Numbered from the stretch's first letter, positions 37,500 to 47,104 are shown. The stretch is DNA of 64,000 nt from an uncultured Coriobacteriaceae bacterium (GCA_902772435.1 CACYAX010000001.1:4987-68986), one strand, 5' to 3'. Notes: a model not told the origin generated them from the sequence alone. A program made the numbers and translations.

Positions 37500-39302
37500 A
37501 TGCGCTATCTGAGCGAGAACTACCTTTCCGAGAGCCGCGACCGCACGGGCCAGGTGGCCCACCTCTCCCTGCACTATCCCGAGACCTTCAACTGGGCCTA
37601 CGATGTCGTCGATGACATCGCGACCGTCGAGCCTGACCGCCCCGCCATGGTGTGGTGCAACCCGGAAGGGGAGGAGCATCGCTTCACGTTCGGTGAGATG
37701 AAGTTCTGGTCTGACAAGTGTGCCAACTTCCTCGTGGCGCAGGGTATCCGCAAGGGCGACGCCGTGCTCGTCATCCTCCGCCGTCACTACCAGTTCTGGA
37801 TCGCCTCCCTGGCGCTGCACAAGATCGGCGCGCTGCTCGTGCCCGCCACCTTCATGCTGCGCGAGCATGACCTCGAGTACCGCCTCAACGCCGCGGGCAT
37901 CAAGGCCATCCTCTGCACCGACGCCGGCAACATCGCCGACGTGGTAGACGCCGTCGAGCCGATCTGCCCCGACCTGCAGGTCAAGATCCTGGTCGCCGCG
38001 GGCGGGGCGGGCCTCGCCATCGATGAGGAGGGCTTCGATCCCGCCCCGCACAAGGCGCTCTCGGGCCCCGAGCACATCTGCGAGCTCAGCTGCGAGCGCG
38101 AGGGCTGGGTCGACTTCAACGCCGGCGTGCGCGCCGCGAGCGACTTCTGGGGCCGCATCCCCACCACGGTCCACGAGCCGATGATCATGTACTTCTCCAG
38201 CGGCACCTCGGGCAACCCCAAGATGGTGCTGCATGACTACACCTACGCGCTCGCCCACACCATCACCGCCAAGCTCTGGCACAACGTGGTCGGCGACAAC
38301 GGCCTGCACTTCACCATCGCCGACACGGGCTGGGGCAAGGCCGTGTGGGGCAAGTTCTACGGCGCGTGGACCATGGAGTCCTGCGTCTTCACCTACGACT
38401 TCGACCGCTTCCATGCCGACGACATCCTGGGCCTCATCGACCGCTACGGCGTGACCACGCTCTGCTGCCCGCCCACGATGTACCGCCTCATGATGCGGAC
38501 CATGCGCCACAACACCAAGAGCTACCGCCTCAACTCGCTGGTCTACTGCACCACCGCCGGCGAGGCGCTCAACCCCGACCTCTTCGAGTTCTGGAAGGAG
38601 CGCACGGGCCTCGTCATCTACGAGGGCTTCGGCCAGACCGAGACCCCGCTCACCGTGGCGAACCTCAACGGCTCGCACCCCAAGTCGGGCTCCATGGGCA
38701 AGATCGTGCCGCTCTACGACATCCGCGTGCTGCGTGACGACGGCACGGAGTGCGAGGACGGCGAGACGGGCGAGATCTGCATCCGCTACCCGGAGGACCA
38801 CCGTCCCGAGGGCATCATGATCGGCTACTACCGCGATCCGGAGAAGACCGCCGAGGCTATCTACGACGGCTGGTACCACACGGGCGACACCGCGTGGCGC
38901 GACGAGGACGACTACCTCTGGTACGTGGGCCGCAACGACGACGTGATCAAGAGCTCCGGCTACCGCATCGGGCCGACCGAGATCGAGAGCGTGCTGCTGC
39001 AGCACCCGGCCGTGCGCGAGTGCGCCGTCACCGGCGTTCCCGACCCCGTGCGCGGCAAGGCCGTCAAGGCCACCATCGTGCTGCACTCCGAGTACGAGGG
39101 CACGCCCGAGCTCACCAAGGAGCTGCAGCGCTACGTGAAGCGCGAGACCGCCCCGTACAAGTACCCGCGCATCATCGACTACGTGGCCGAGCTGCCCAAG
39201 ACCGTCAACGGAAAGATCCGTCGCGTCGCCATTCGCATGCAGGACGAAAAGGCTGCCGAGGCCGAGGCGCACAAGCGCGACAAGAAGGACGGCCTCGTCT
39301 AG
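37500..39302 (+). CDS. AMP-forming acyl-CoA synthetase (medium-chain/ACSM-like)
   Basis: About 600 aa with AMP-binding motifs (MYFSSGTSGNPKM, YHTGD, GRNDDVIKSSGYRIGPTEIE, PKTVNGKIRR). ATG at 37500 preferred over 37464. Confidence 0.8.
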   Translation: MRYLSENYLSESRDRTGQVAHLSLHYPETFNWAYDVVDDIATVEPDRPAMVWCNPEGEEHRFTFGEMKFWSDKCANFLVAQGIRKGDAVLVILRRHYQFWIASLALHKIGALLVPATFMLREHDLEYRLNAAGIKAILCTDAGNIADVVDAVEPICPDLQVKILVAAGGAGLAIDEEGFDPAPHKALSGPEHICELSCEREGWVDFNAGVRAASDFWGRIPTTVHEPMIMYFSSGTSGNPKMVLHDYTYALAHTITAKLWHNVVGDNGLHFTIADTGWGKAVWGKFYGAWTMESCVFTYDFDRFHADDILGLIDRYGVTTLCCPPTMYRLMMRTMRHNTKSYRLNSLVYCTTAGEALNPDLFEFWKERTGLVIYEGFGQTETPLTVANLNGSHPKSGSMGKIVPLYDIRVLRDDGTECEDGETGEICIRYPEDHRPEGIMIGYYRDPEKTAEAIYDGWYHTGDTAWRDEDDYLWYVGRNDDVIKSSGYRIGPTEIESVLLQHPAVRECAVTGVPDPVRGKAVKATIVLHSEYEGTPELTKELQRYVKRETAPYKYPRIIDYVAELPKTVNGKIRRVAIRMQDEKAAEAEAHKRDKKDGLV

Positions 39303-39327
39303 GTTCTTTTATCCTTGATGGACGCGC

Positions 39328-39368
39328 CGCCGGGAAGAAGAGGGCTGCCCCTCTCTTCCCGGCGGTTT
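39328..39368 (+). terminator. Hairpin cgccgggaagaagaggg/ccctctcttcccggcg plus gttt
   Basis: Long stem with a one-nt bulge and a weak T-tract. Confidence 0.5.
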
Positions 39369-39765
39369 CCGTTGTGTGCGACGCCCTCTGTTTCGAACGA
39401 GTGTCAGTCTGTTTCACCCTCGTGTCTACCTTGGGATGGCATGGTGTGGGCGCGCCTTAAGATGGTATAAAGCCTAACGGAGCACGTTTGGGCCGATGTG
39501 AGAGGGGAGGGCACCATGCGCAATCAAACTCGCGACCGTCTGCATGCCGCAGCCGAGCTGCCCGCCCACGCTCTCCTGTTACAAGGCCTCGCTCTTCTAT
39601 AGGCGCTTCCGCATAAGCGAGCGGTTGCGCCGATAACCTTTCTGCTGGGCCCTTTGCCCTAGAGTAGCGCTGCTCACGCTGAGCATGTCTCGGCACGCCA
39701 TCAACCCTCGACGCACTTCGGGTCTTACCTGCTCACTGCGTCGCCCCCAGATCGGAGAAGAGCAT

Positions 39766-42402
39766 ATGAAGCTCGCGTTTTCCACCCTCGGTTGCCCCTC
39801 GTACTCGTGGACCGACATCTATCCCATGGCCAAGGACCTCGGCTTTGACGGCATCGAGGTTCGTGGCATCCAGGGCAGGGCCTTCGCGCCCAACACGCCG
39901 CCCTTCCGCCCTGGCCGTCGCATGCACACCTACGAGCAGCTCAAGCGCTTGGGCCTCGAGATCCCGTGCTTCTCGTCCAACTGCGAGCTGGCGGACGACA
40001 GCCGCTACGGTGACAACATCCGCGAGGTGACCGACTACATCGAGCTCGCGAGCGACATGGGCACGCCGTACGTGCGCGTGCTGCTCTCCCGCGACGTGCG
40101 CCCCGTGGGCGGGGTCGATGACGAGTACATCGTGAGGCTGCTCAAGGAGCTGGGCGGCATCGCGCGCATCTACGACGTGACCGTGCTCGTGGAGACCACC
40201 TCCGAGTACGCTGACACGGCCCGCCTGGCCCGTGTGCTCGACGCGGTCGGCATGGAGAGCGTGGGCGCCCTCTGGGACCTGCACCATCCGTACCGCCTCA
40301 ACGGCGAAGAGCCCGAGACCAGCGTGGCCAACCTGGGCAAGCACCTCAAGTACTGCCAGGTGAAGGACTCCATCGCCAACGGCGACCACTTCGAGTACCG
40401 CATGATGGGCGAGGGCGACCTGCCCCTCACCCGCATGTTCGACGCCCTCATCGCCTCGGGCTACGAGGGCTACATGACCTTCGAGTGGGTCACCCGCTGG
40501 GCCCGCGACATCGCCGTGGGCGAGGCGGGCATCGTGTTCCCGCAGTTCATGAACTACATGCGCGACTACCTCTCCGGTGGCTTGGCCGAGCAGGAGGCCG
40601 CGCCCGAGCGCGAGGCGGCGCCGGCGGCCGCTGCCGCTCCCGCGGAGCCCGTGGTGCTGCAGCACTCGCTCACCAACGAGGGCACCTACCCCTGGCCCAA
40701 GGAGCACCTCATCGACTTCACGTTCCCCCAGGTGCTCGACCACATCTGCGAGCTCTATCCCGAGCAGTATGCCTTCCGTTACACCGAGCCCGACAGCCAC
40801 TACAACACCGAACCGGACGCGGGCGGCGAGTACTACGTGCGCACCTACCCGCAGTTCCGCGACGACGTGGACGAGTTCGCGCGCTCGCTCATCGCGATGG
40901 GCGTCAAGCCGGGCGACAAGGTGGCCATCTGGGCTTCCAACGTGCCGCAGTGGTACCTCACCTTCTGGGCTGCGGTCAAGATCGGTGCCGTGCTCGTCAC
41001 GGTCAACACTGGCTACAAGATCCACGAGCTCGAGTACCTGCTCAAGCAGTCCGACACCCACACGCTCGTGATGATCGACTCCTACAAGGGCACGAGCTAC
41101 CTCGACATCGTGGACGAGCTCATCCCCGAGCTGGCCGCGGCCACGCCGGGCACCTGGGCCAACCGCAAGCTGCCGTTCCTCAAGAACATCGTCACCATCG
41201 ACGGCCCGCACCAGGGATGCTACAGCTGGGGCGAGGCGCTCGCGCTCGGCAGGCCCGAGCTGCAGGCAGAGGTCGACCGCCGCTGTGCCGCCATCGACAA
41301 GCACGACGTCTGCAACATGCAGTACACCTCCGGCACCACCGGCTTCCCCAAGGGCGTCATGCTCACGCACTACAACGTGGTCAACAACGGCAAGGCCATC
41401 GGCGACTGCATGGACCTCTCCACGGGCGAGCGCATGATGATCCAGGTGCCCATGTTCCACTGCTTCGGCATGGTGCTGGCCATGACGGCGTCCATGACGC
41501 ACGGCACCACCATGAGCCCCATCCCCATCTTCAGCCCGCGCAAGAGCCTGGCGTGCATCACGCGCGAGAAGATCACCTGCTTCCACGGCGTGCCCACCAT
41601 GTTCATCGCCATGATGAACACCCACCCCGCCTTCGAGGAGACCGACTTCTCGCACATGCGCACGGGCATCATGGCCGGCAGCCCCTGTCCCATCGAGAAG
41701 ATGCGCGAGGTCGTCGACAAGATGAACATGCGCGACATCTGCATCACCTACGGCCAGACCGAGGCGTCGCCGGCCACCACCATGAGCAAGACCACCGACA
41801 CGCTCGAGCAGCGCGTAGCCACCGTCGGCCTGCCCATCTTCGGCGTGGAGTGCAAGATCATCGACCCCGAGACGGGCATCGAGCTGGGCGACGACGAGCC
41901 GGGCGAGTTCTGCAGCCGCGGCTACAACACGATGAAGGGCTACTACAAGATGCCCGAGGCCACGGCGGCCACCATCGACAAGGACGGCTGGCTGCACTCC
42001 GGCGACATCCTGCTACGCCAGTCGGACGGCTACTACCGCGTGACCGGCCGCGTGAAGGACATGATCATCCGCGGCGGCGAGAACGTGTACCCCAAGGAAA
42101 TCGAGGACTTCCTCTACACCTTCCCCAAGACCAAGGACGTGCAGGTCATCGGCGTGCCCGACAAGGTCTACGGCGAGGTCGTGCTGGCCGAGATCATCCT
42201 CAACGAGGGTGAGACGGCCACCGAGGAGGAGGTCAAGGACTTCTGCCGCGCCCGCGTGGCCAAGGAGAAGGTGCCCGAGTACGTGCGCTTCGTGACCGGC
42301 TTCCCCATGAACGAGGCCGGCAAGATCCAGAAGTACAAGATGCGCGAAGAGGCCGTCGAGCTGCTCGGCCTGCAGGAGGCCGCCGCGATCGAGACGGCGT
42401 AG
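39766..42402 (+). CDS. Fusion protein: N-terminal xylose-isomerase-like TIM barrel (sugar phosphate isomerase/epimerase family), Ala/Pro/Glu linker, C-terminal AMP-dependent acyl-CoA ligase (FadD-like)
   Basis: ATG at 39766 follows ggagaag. MKLAFSTLGCPSYSW...FDGIEVRG...TFEW, then linker EQEAAPEREAAPAAAAAPAEP, then MQYTSGTTGFPKGVMLTH, ITYGQTEASP, LHSGD, GRVKDMIIRGGENVYPKEIE. Confidence 0.8.
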   Translation: MKLAFSTLGCPSYSWTDIYPMAKDLGFDGIEVRGIQGRAFAPNTPPFRPGRRMHTYEQLKRLGLEIPCFSSNCELADDSRYGDNIREVTDYIELASDMGTPYVRVLLSRDVRPVGGVDDEYIVRLLKELGGIARIYDVTVLVETTSEYADTARLARVLDAVGMESVGALWDLHHPYRLNGEEPETSVANLGKHLKYCQVKDSIANGDHFEYRMMGEGDLPLTRMFDALIASGYEGYMTFEWVTRWARDIAVGEAGIVFPQFMNYMRDYLSGGLAEQEAAPEREAAPAAAAAPAEPVVLQHSLTNEGTYPWPKEHLIDFTFPQVLDHICELYPEQYAFRYTEPDSHYNTEPDAGGEYYVRTYPQFRDDVDEFARSLIAMGVKPGDKVAIWASNVPQWYLTFWAAVKIGAVLVTVNTGYKIHELEYLLKQSDTHTLVMIDSYKGTSYLDIVDELIPELAAATPGTWANRKLPFLKNIVTIDGPHQGCYSWGEALALGRPELQAEVDRRCAAIDKHDVCNMQYTSGTTGFPKGVMLTHYNVVNNGKAIGDCMDLSTGERMMIQVPMFHCFGMVLAMTASMTHGTTMSPIPIFSPRKSLACITREKITCFHGVPTMFIAMMNTHPAFEETDFSHMRTGIMAGSPCPIEKMREVVDKMNMRDICITYGQTEASPATTMSKTTDTLEQRVATVGLPIFGVECKIIDPETGIELGDDEPGEFCSRGYNTMKGYYKMPEATAATIDKDGWLHSGDILLRQSDGYYRVTGRVKDMIIRGGENVYPKEIEDFLYTFPKTKDVQVIGVPDKVYGEVVLAEIILNEGETATEEEVKDFCRARVAKEKVPEYVRFVTGFPMNEAGKIQKYKMREEAVELLGLQEAAAIETA

Positions 42403-42585
42403 CGTTTCAGCTGAACCTTCTGGCTTGGGCGCCCGCTGCCGCAGCAGGCTGCGGGCGCCCTGCCGAACTCATCAGCTGCGGGGCCCGAACAGTTGCGAAC
42501 GGCAGCCCATCATCACCAGCGCTACAAATGTCCTCCAAATGCGCTGGTATACTACTAGAGCGCACGACACGAAAGGGGGTCGCAC

Positions 42586-43395
42586 ATGCCGCACATTCTC
42601 GATCTGCCTGCCATCACGGTGCTCGTGGGGCACGCGGGAACGGGCAAGACCAACGCCGCCATCGGCTTGGCACGCGCTGCCGCTGCAGCCGGCCGCACGG
42701 TCACGCTGGCGGACCTCGACATCGTGAACCCCTACTTCCGTTCGAGCGACTACCCCCAGTACGCCTCTGAGCTGGGCATTCACCTCATCGCGCCCGTCTT
42801 TGCCCGCACCACGCTCGACACCCCGAGCCTCACGGCCGAGCTGGACGTGGTCATCAACCGCGTGGCGTTTGCCGCGGCCGAAGCAGCCAAGGCAGGCACG
42901 ACCACGAAGGAATGCCTGATCATCGACGTGGGTGGCGACGACATCGGCGCCACGGCCCTCGGCCGCTACTCCCGCGCGCTCGCGCAGGCTGACGCGTGGG
43001 TGCTCTACGTGGTCTCCGCGTTCCGCGCGCTCACGGCCCAGCCTGCCGAGGCCGTGGACATCCTGGCCGAGGTGGAGGAGAACGCGCGCCTCAAGGCGAG
43101 CGCCATCCTCAACGCGTCCAACCTCGCGGACGTCACCTCCGCGGAGAACGTCGCCCAGGGCCGCGCATATGCGCGCGAGGTCGCGCAGCTCACGGGCCTG
43201 CCGCTCGTGGCCACGCTCGTGCCCCGCGCCTGCGCGGAGGACGTGGCCGCCCAGACGGGCGAGAGCTTGGGTCCCACGCAAGCCGCCGAAGCCCCCGCAG
43301 GGGTTGCGCTTGCGTTAACAGAGGGCAACTCCGACCATGAGCCCCTGGTCGTGATGCCTAGATTTGTAAGAACGCCGTGGGACGACGCGCTGTAG
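42586..43395 (+). CDS. MinD/ParA/CooC-type P-loop NTPase of unknown role
   Basis: Walker A VLVGHAGTGKTNAA near the N-terminus. 269 aa. Confidence 0.6.
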   Translation: MPHILDLPAITVLVGHAGTGKTNAAIGLARAAAAAGRTVTLADLDIVNPYFRSSDYPQYASELGIHLIAPVFARTTLDTPSLTAELDVVINRVAFAAAEAAKAGTTTKECLIIDVGGDDIGATALGRYSRALAQADAWVLYVVSAFRALTAQPAEAVDILAEVEENARLKASAILNASNLADVTSAENVAQGRAYAREVAQLTGLPLVATLVPRACAEDVAAQTGESLGPTQAAEAPAGVALALTEGNSDHEPLVVMPRFVRTPWDDAL

Positions 43396-43467
43396 GGGAT
43401 ACGGCGCGCCAGGAGGGGAGACCCTCATAACCACGACTGAGGTTCGTTTGTAAGAGAGGGAGGGAGC

Positions 43468-43674
43468 ATGGCTCGTATCATCGTGGATGACGTGCATTGC
43501 AAGGGTTGCGGCCTTTGCGTGTCCGCTTGTCCCAAGGGCGTGCTCGCGCTTGACCAAGAGCGCATCACGCCAAAGGGGTATCACCCCGCTAAGCTCGTGG
43601 ATCCCGAGCACTGCATCGGGTGCTCCACCTGCTTCATCACATGCCCGGACGTCGCAATTACGGTGGTGATGTAG
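43468..43674 (+). CDS. 2-oxoacid:ferredoxin oxidoreductase delta subunit (2x[4Fe-4S] ferredoxin)
   Basis: 68 aa with CKGCGLCVSACP and CIGCSTCFITCP. Confidence 0.85.
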   Translation: MARIIVDDVHCKGCGLCVSACPKGVLALDQERITPKGYHPAKLVDPEHCIGCSTCFITCPDVAITVVM

Positions 43675-44835
43675 ATGGCAGAGAACGCGCGCGTGCTCAT
43701 GAAGGGCAACGAGGTGCTGGCCGAGGCGGCCATGCGCGCTGGTTGTCGCTTCTTCTTCGGCTACCCCATCACCCCGCAGACCGAGCTCGCGGCCTACATG
43801 GCCAAGAAGCTCCCGCTCATCGGCGGCACGTTCCTGCAGGCAGAGAGCGAGATCGCGGCCATCAACATGGTCTACGGTGCCGCTGCCGCAGGCGCCCGCG
43901 TCATGACGAGCTCCAGCTCGCCCGGCGTCTCCCTCAAGGGTGAGGGCGTCTCCTACATGGCCGGCGCCGACGTGCCCGGCGTCATCGTCAACGTCGAGCG
44001 TGGCGGCCCGGGCCTCGGCGGCATCCAGCCCTCGCAGTCCGACTACTTCCAGGCCACCCGCGCCCTCGGCCACGGTGACTTCTACATGCCCGTCCTCGCG
44101 CCGTCCACGGTGCAGGAGATGGCCGACCTCATCTACCTGGCCTTCGACCTCGCCGACCAGTACCGCACGCCGGCCATGATCCTCGCCGACGGCATGATCG
44201 GCCAGATGATGGAGCCCGTGGAGCTGCCGCCCGAGCGCGACGCCTCCGCCCTGCCCGAGAAGCCCTGGGCCACCACCGGCACCAAGATGCAGCGCGAGCA
44301 CAACGTGGTCAACTCCCTCTACCTCTCGCCCGAGAAGCTCGAGGACACCAACCGCGAGCGCTTCGCGCGCTACGCCGAGATCCGCGAGACCCAGCAGCGC
44401 CAGGAGCTCATGATGTGCGACGACGCCGAGATCGTGGTCGTCGCCTTCGGCGCCGCGAGCCGTATCGCCCGCACCGCCGTGCGCGACGCGCGCGCCAAGG
44501 GCATCAAGGCCGGCCTGCTCCGCCCGATCACCCTCTGGCCGTACCCGACCAAGGCGATTGACCAGGTCATCGAGAACGGCGCCAAGCAGTTCCTGTCCGT
44601 CGAGCTCAACATGGGCCAGATGGTCGAGGACGTGCGCCTGGCCGCCAACGGCCGCGCCGACGTCAGCTTCTACGGCCGCACGGGCGGCGTGCTGCCCACC
44701 CCCGAGGAGGTTCTCGAGCAGATCGAGAAGCTCGCCGCCGGCGAGGCTCCCAACGCGAGCGCCCGCGCGACCGTCATGGGCTCGGTGCTCCCGCAGCCCA
44801 TCGACCGCAAGAGCAGTTACGAAAGGGGTGAGTAG
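43675..44835 (+). CDS. 2-oxoacid:ferredoxin oxidoreductase alpha subunit (KorA/VorB-like)
   Basis: 386 aa; MKGNEVLAEAAMRAGCRFFFGYPITPQTEL. Confidence 0.85.
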   Translation: MAENARVLMKGNEVLAEAAMRAGCRFFFGYPITPQTELAAYMAKKLPLIGGTFLQAESEIAAINMVYGAAAAGARVMTSSSSPGVSLKGEGVSYMAGADVPGVIVNVERGGPGLGGIQPSQSDYFQATRALGHGDFYMPVLAPSTVQEMADLIYLAFDLADQYRTPAMILADGMIGQMMEPVELPPERDASALPEKPWATTGTKMQREHNVVNSLYLSPEKLEDTNRERFARYAEIRETQQRQELMMCDDAEIVVVAFGAASRIARTAVRDARAKGIKAGLLRPITLWPYPTKAIDQVIENGAKQFLSVELNMGQMVEDVRLAANGRADVSFYGRTGGVLPTPEEVLEQIEKLAAGEAPNASARATVMGSVLPQPIDRKSSYERGE

Positions 44836-44836
44836 C

Positions 44837-45730
44837 ATGGCAGCTCCCAAGACTCCCATCACGCTCCCCGATTACCAGCAGGAGCGCATCGGTTCCCAGA
44901 TCGCTGAGGGCGAGAAGATCAAGAGCGCCCGTCCGCATGCCCTTACCGACGCCATCTTCAACTACTGCCCCGGCTGCACCCACGGCATCGTGAACCGCCT
45001 CGTGGCCGAGTGCATCGACGAGCTCGGCATCGAGGGCAAGACGGTGGGCATCGCTCCCGTCGGCTGCTCGGTCATGTGCTACGACTTCTTCAACTGCGAC
45101 ATGATCGAGGCCGCCCACGGCCGTGCGCCCGCAGTCGCCACCGGCGTCAAGCGCGTGCACCCCGACAACGTGGTCTTCGCCTACCAGGGCGACGGCGACC
45201 TTGCCTCCATCGGTACCGCCGAGACCGTGCACGCCGCCACCCGCGGCGAGAAGATCACCGTGATCTTCATCAACAACGCCATCTACGGCATGACCGGCGG
45301 CCAGATGGCCCCCACGAGCCTGCCCAACCAGGTCACCCAGACCTCCCCGTATGGCCGCGACGTGAGCAAGGTGGGCTACCCGGTGCGCATCGCCGAGCTG
45401 CTCTCCACCCTCGACGGCGTAGCCTACGTCGAGCGCGTGACCTGCGACAGCCGCGCTCACATCCTCCAGGCGAAGAAGGCCATCAAGAAGGCCTTCCAGA
45501 ACCAGATCGACGGCGTGGGCTACTCCCTCGTCGAGGTCGTGGCCACCTGCCCGACCAACTGGGGCATGACTCCGCAGGACGCGTTCCAGTGGCTGCGCGA
45601 CAACATGCTTCCGTACTATCCGCTGGGCGTGTACAAAGACGTCACGGCTGACGGCTTTGCCAACGCGGCCGAGGCTGCGCTCGAGCGCGCCAAGGACTGC
45701 CCGATCGCCCAGCAGGGAAGGGGTGAGTAG
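44837..45730 (+). CDS. 2-oxoacid:ferredoxin oxidoreductase beta subunit (TPP-binding)
   Basis: ATG at 44837. FNYCPGCTHG and GDGDLASIGTAE motifs. Confidence 0.85.
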   Translation: MAAPKTPITLPDYQQERIGSQIAEGEKIKSARPHALTDAIFNYCPGCTHGIVNRLVAECIDELGIEGKTVGIAPVGCSVMCYDFFNCDMIEAAHGRAPAVATGVKRVHPDNVVFAYQGDGDLASIGTAETVHAATRGEKITVIFINNAIYGMTGGQMAPTSLPNQVTQTSPYGRDVSKVGYPVRIAELLSTLDGVAYVERVTCDSRAHILQAKKAIKKAFQNQIDGVGYSLVEVVATCPTNWGMTPQDAFQWLRDNMLPYYPLGVYKDVTADGFANAAEAALERAKDCPIAQQGRGE

Positions 45731-45731
45731 C

Positions 45732-46286
45732 ATGGCAAAGACCACTACCGAGCTGCTCTGCGTGCTCTCCGGCTTCGGCGGCCAGGGCGTGCTGTTCGCG
45801 GGCAAGGTGCTCGCCAACTGCGGCCTCATCGACGGCCGTCACGTCTCGTGGATGCCGAGCTACGGCCCCGAGATGCGCGGCGGCACCGCCAACTGCAGCG
45901 TGTCGCTGTCCGTCGAGCCCATCGGCTCGCCGTTCATCACCAGGCCGACGGCGGTCATCGCCATGAACCAGCCGTCCGTGGAGAAGTTCGGCCCCACCAT
46001 CGTGCCGGGCGGCGTCTGCGTGATCGACACCACGCTCGCCATGAAGGCCGACGAGATCGAGATGGCCGAGGGCGTCACCCGCTGCATGTTCCCCGCGACC
46101 AAGATCGCCGAGGACGAGGGCCTCAAGGGCCTGGCCAACATCATCTGCCTGGGCAAGCTCTGGGCGGAGACCGGCTTCTGCGAGCACGACGTGCTCACGG
46201 CCGCCATCGAGAAGTGCGTGCCTCCCAAGAAGAAGCACCTGCTCGAGCCCAACCTGCGCGCCATCGAGCTGGGCATCAACCTGTAA
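45732..46286 (+). CDS. 2-oxoacid:ferredoxin oxidoreductase gamma subunit
   Basis: ATG at 45732. LSGFGGQGVLFAGKVLA...SYGPEMRGGTANCSV. Confidence 0.85.
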   Translation: MAKTTTELLCVLSGFGGQGVLFAGKVLANCGLIDGRHVSWMPSYGPEMRGGTANCSVSLSVEPIGSPFITRPTAVIAMNQPSVEKFGPTIVPGGVCVIDTTLAMKADEIEMAEGVTRCMFPATKIAEDEGLKGLANIICLGKLWAETGFCEHDVLTAAIEKCVPPKKKHLLEPNLRAIELGINL

Positions 46287-46310
46287 GCGGGTTCTCATCG
46301 CACGACGAAC

Positions 46311-46339
46311 GGGGCACCGGAAGCGATTTCCGGTGCCCC
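46311..46339 (+). terminator. Hairpin ggggcaccgg/ccggtgcccc after the oxidoreductase operon, with no clear U-tract
   Basis: 10-bp perfect stem. Confidence 0.4.
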
Positions 46340-46475
46340 GTCCCTGTCGGGTTCATGCGGCGACCAGGACTTTCCCGACAGCCCGGACCCCGTCCCTGTC
46401 GGGTCCGTGCCCCAGCCGGACTTTCCCGACAGTTTGGGCCCCGTTCCTGTCGGGTCCGTGCGGCGGCCGGGACCA
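46336..46475. repeat. About 2.7 tandem copies of a 52-bp unit. Each of the two full units carries the inverted repeat CTGTCGGG(N22)CCCGACAG.
   Basis: Units at 46336-46387, 46388-46439 and a partial one at 46440-46475, aligned by eye at about 80% identity. Confidence 0.75.
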
Positions 46476-46562
46476 ACCCGCCAAACCCGAACCAGCCCTG
46501 CAAATGACCCCGCATATGTGCAGTTTGCGTGAGGGATAGGCAACGCCCGGCACCGTGGCGTT

Positions 46563-46591
46563 TTGACAACTGCAGAACGTCGGCGTAGACT
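46563..46591 (+). promoter_or_regulatory. Candidate str-operon promoter TTGACA, 17 nt, TAGACT
   Basis: Consensus -35, good spacing, about 90 nt upstream of rpsL. Confidence 0.5.
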
Positions 46592-46680
46592 ACCACCTTG
46601 CGCCAATTCAGGGTCGCGGTGCTGCGCTGCCCTTACACATTGATACGCAACATGTCAGATAGGTATGAAGGAGAAGAGCT

Positions 46681-47052
46681 TTGCCTACCATCAACCAGCT
46701 CGTTCGCCAGGGCCGCAAGTCTGTGGCAGCCAAGTCCAAGAACGCCGCCCTCCAGCACAACCCGCAGAAGCGCGGCGTGTGCACCCGCGTCTTCACCACT
46801 ACCCCCAAGAAGCCGAACTCGGCCCTTCGTAAGGTCGCCCGTGTGCGCCTCGTCAACGGCATCGAGGTCACGGCCTACATCCCCGGTGAGGGCCACAACC
46901 TCCAGGAGCACTCCATCGTGCTCATCCGCGGCGGCCGCGTGCGTGACCTCCCCGGTGTCCGTTACAAGATCATCCGCGGCGCCTACGACTGCGCAGCGGT
47001 CCAGAACCGCAAGCGTGCCCGCTCCCGCTACGGCACCAAGCGCCCCAAGTAA
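46681..47052 (+). CDS. rpsL: 30S ribosomal protein S12 (TTG start)
   Basis: [13 protein letters not shown]...[16 protein letters not shown]. Confidence 0.95.
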   Translation: MPTINQLVRQGRKSVAAKSKNAALQHNPQKRGVCTRVFTTTPKKPNSALRKVARVRLVNGIEVTAYIPGEGHNLQEHSIVLIRGGRVRDLPGVRYKIIRGAYDCAAVQNRKRARSRYGTKRPK

Positions 47053-47104
47053 TGCCGCGCGCGACAAGCGCAGTTAAGTGAAGTTCTAGTTAGAGGAGAA
47101 AACT

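Noticed and set aside
46336-46475. Possible CRISPR array
   Set aside because: The units are directly tandem with a 52-bp period and no unique spacers. There are only about 2.7 copies and no cas genes nearby.
45848-46507. 219-aa and other plus- and minus-strand ORFs crossing the korC 3' end and the repeat region (e.g. 46333-46539, 46276-46596)
   Set aside because: They are out of frame with the gamma subunit, and their repetitive peptide sequence just mirrors the 52-bp DNA repeat.
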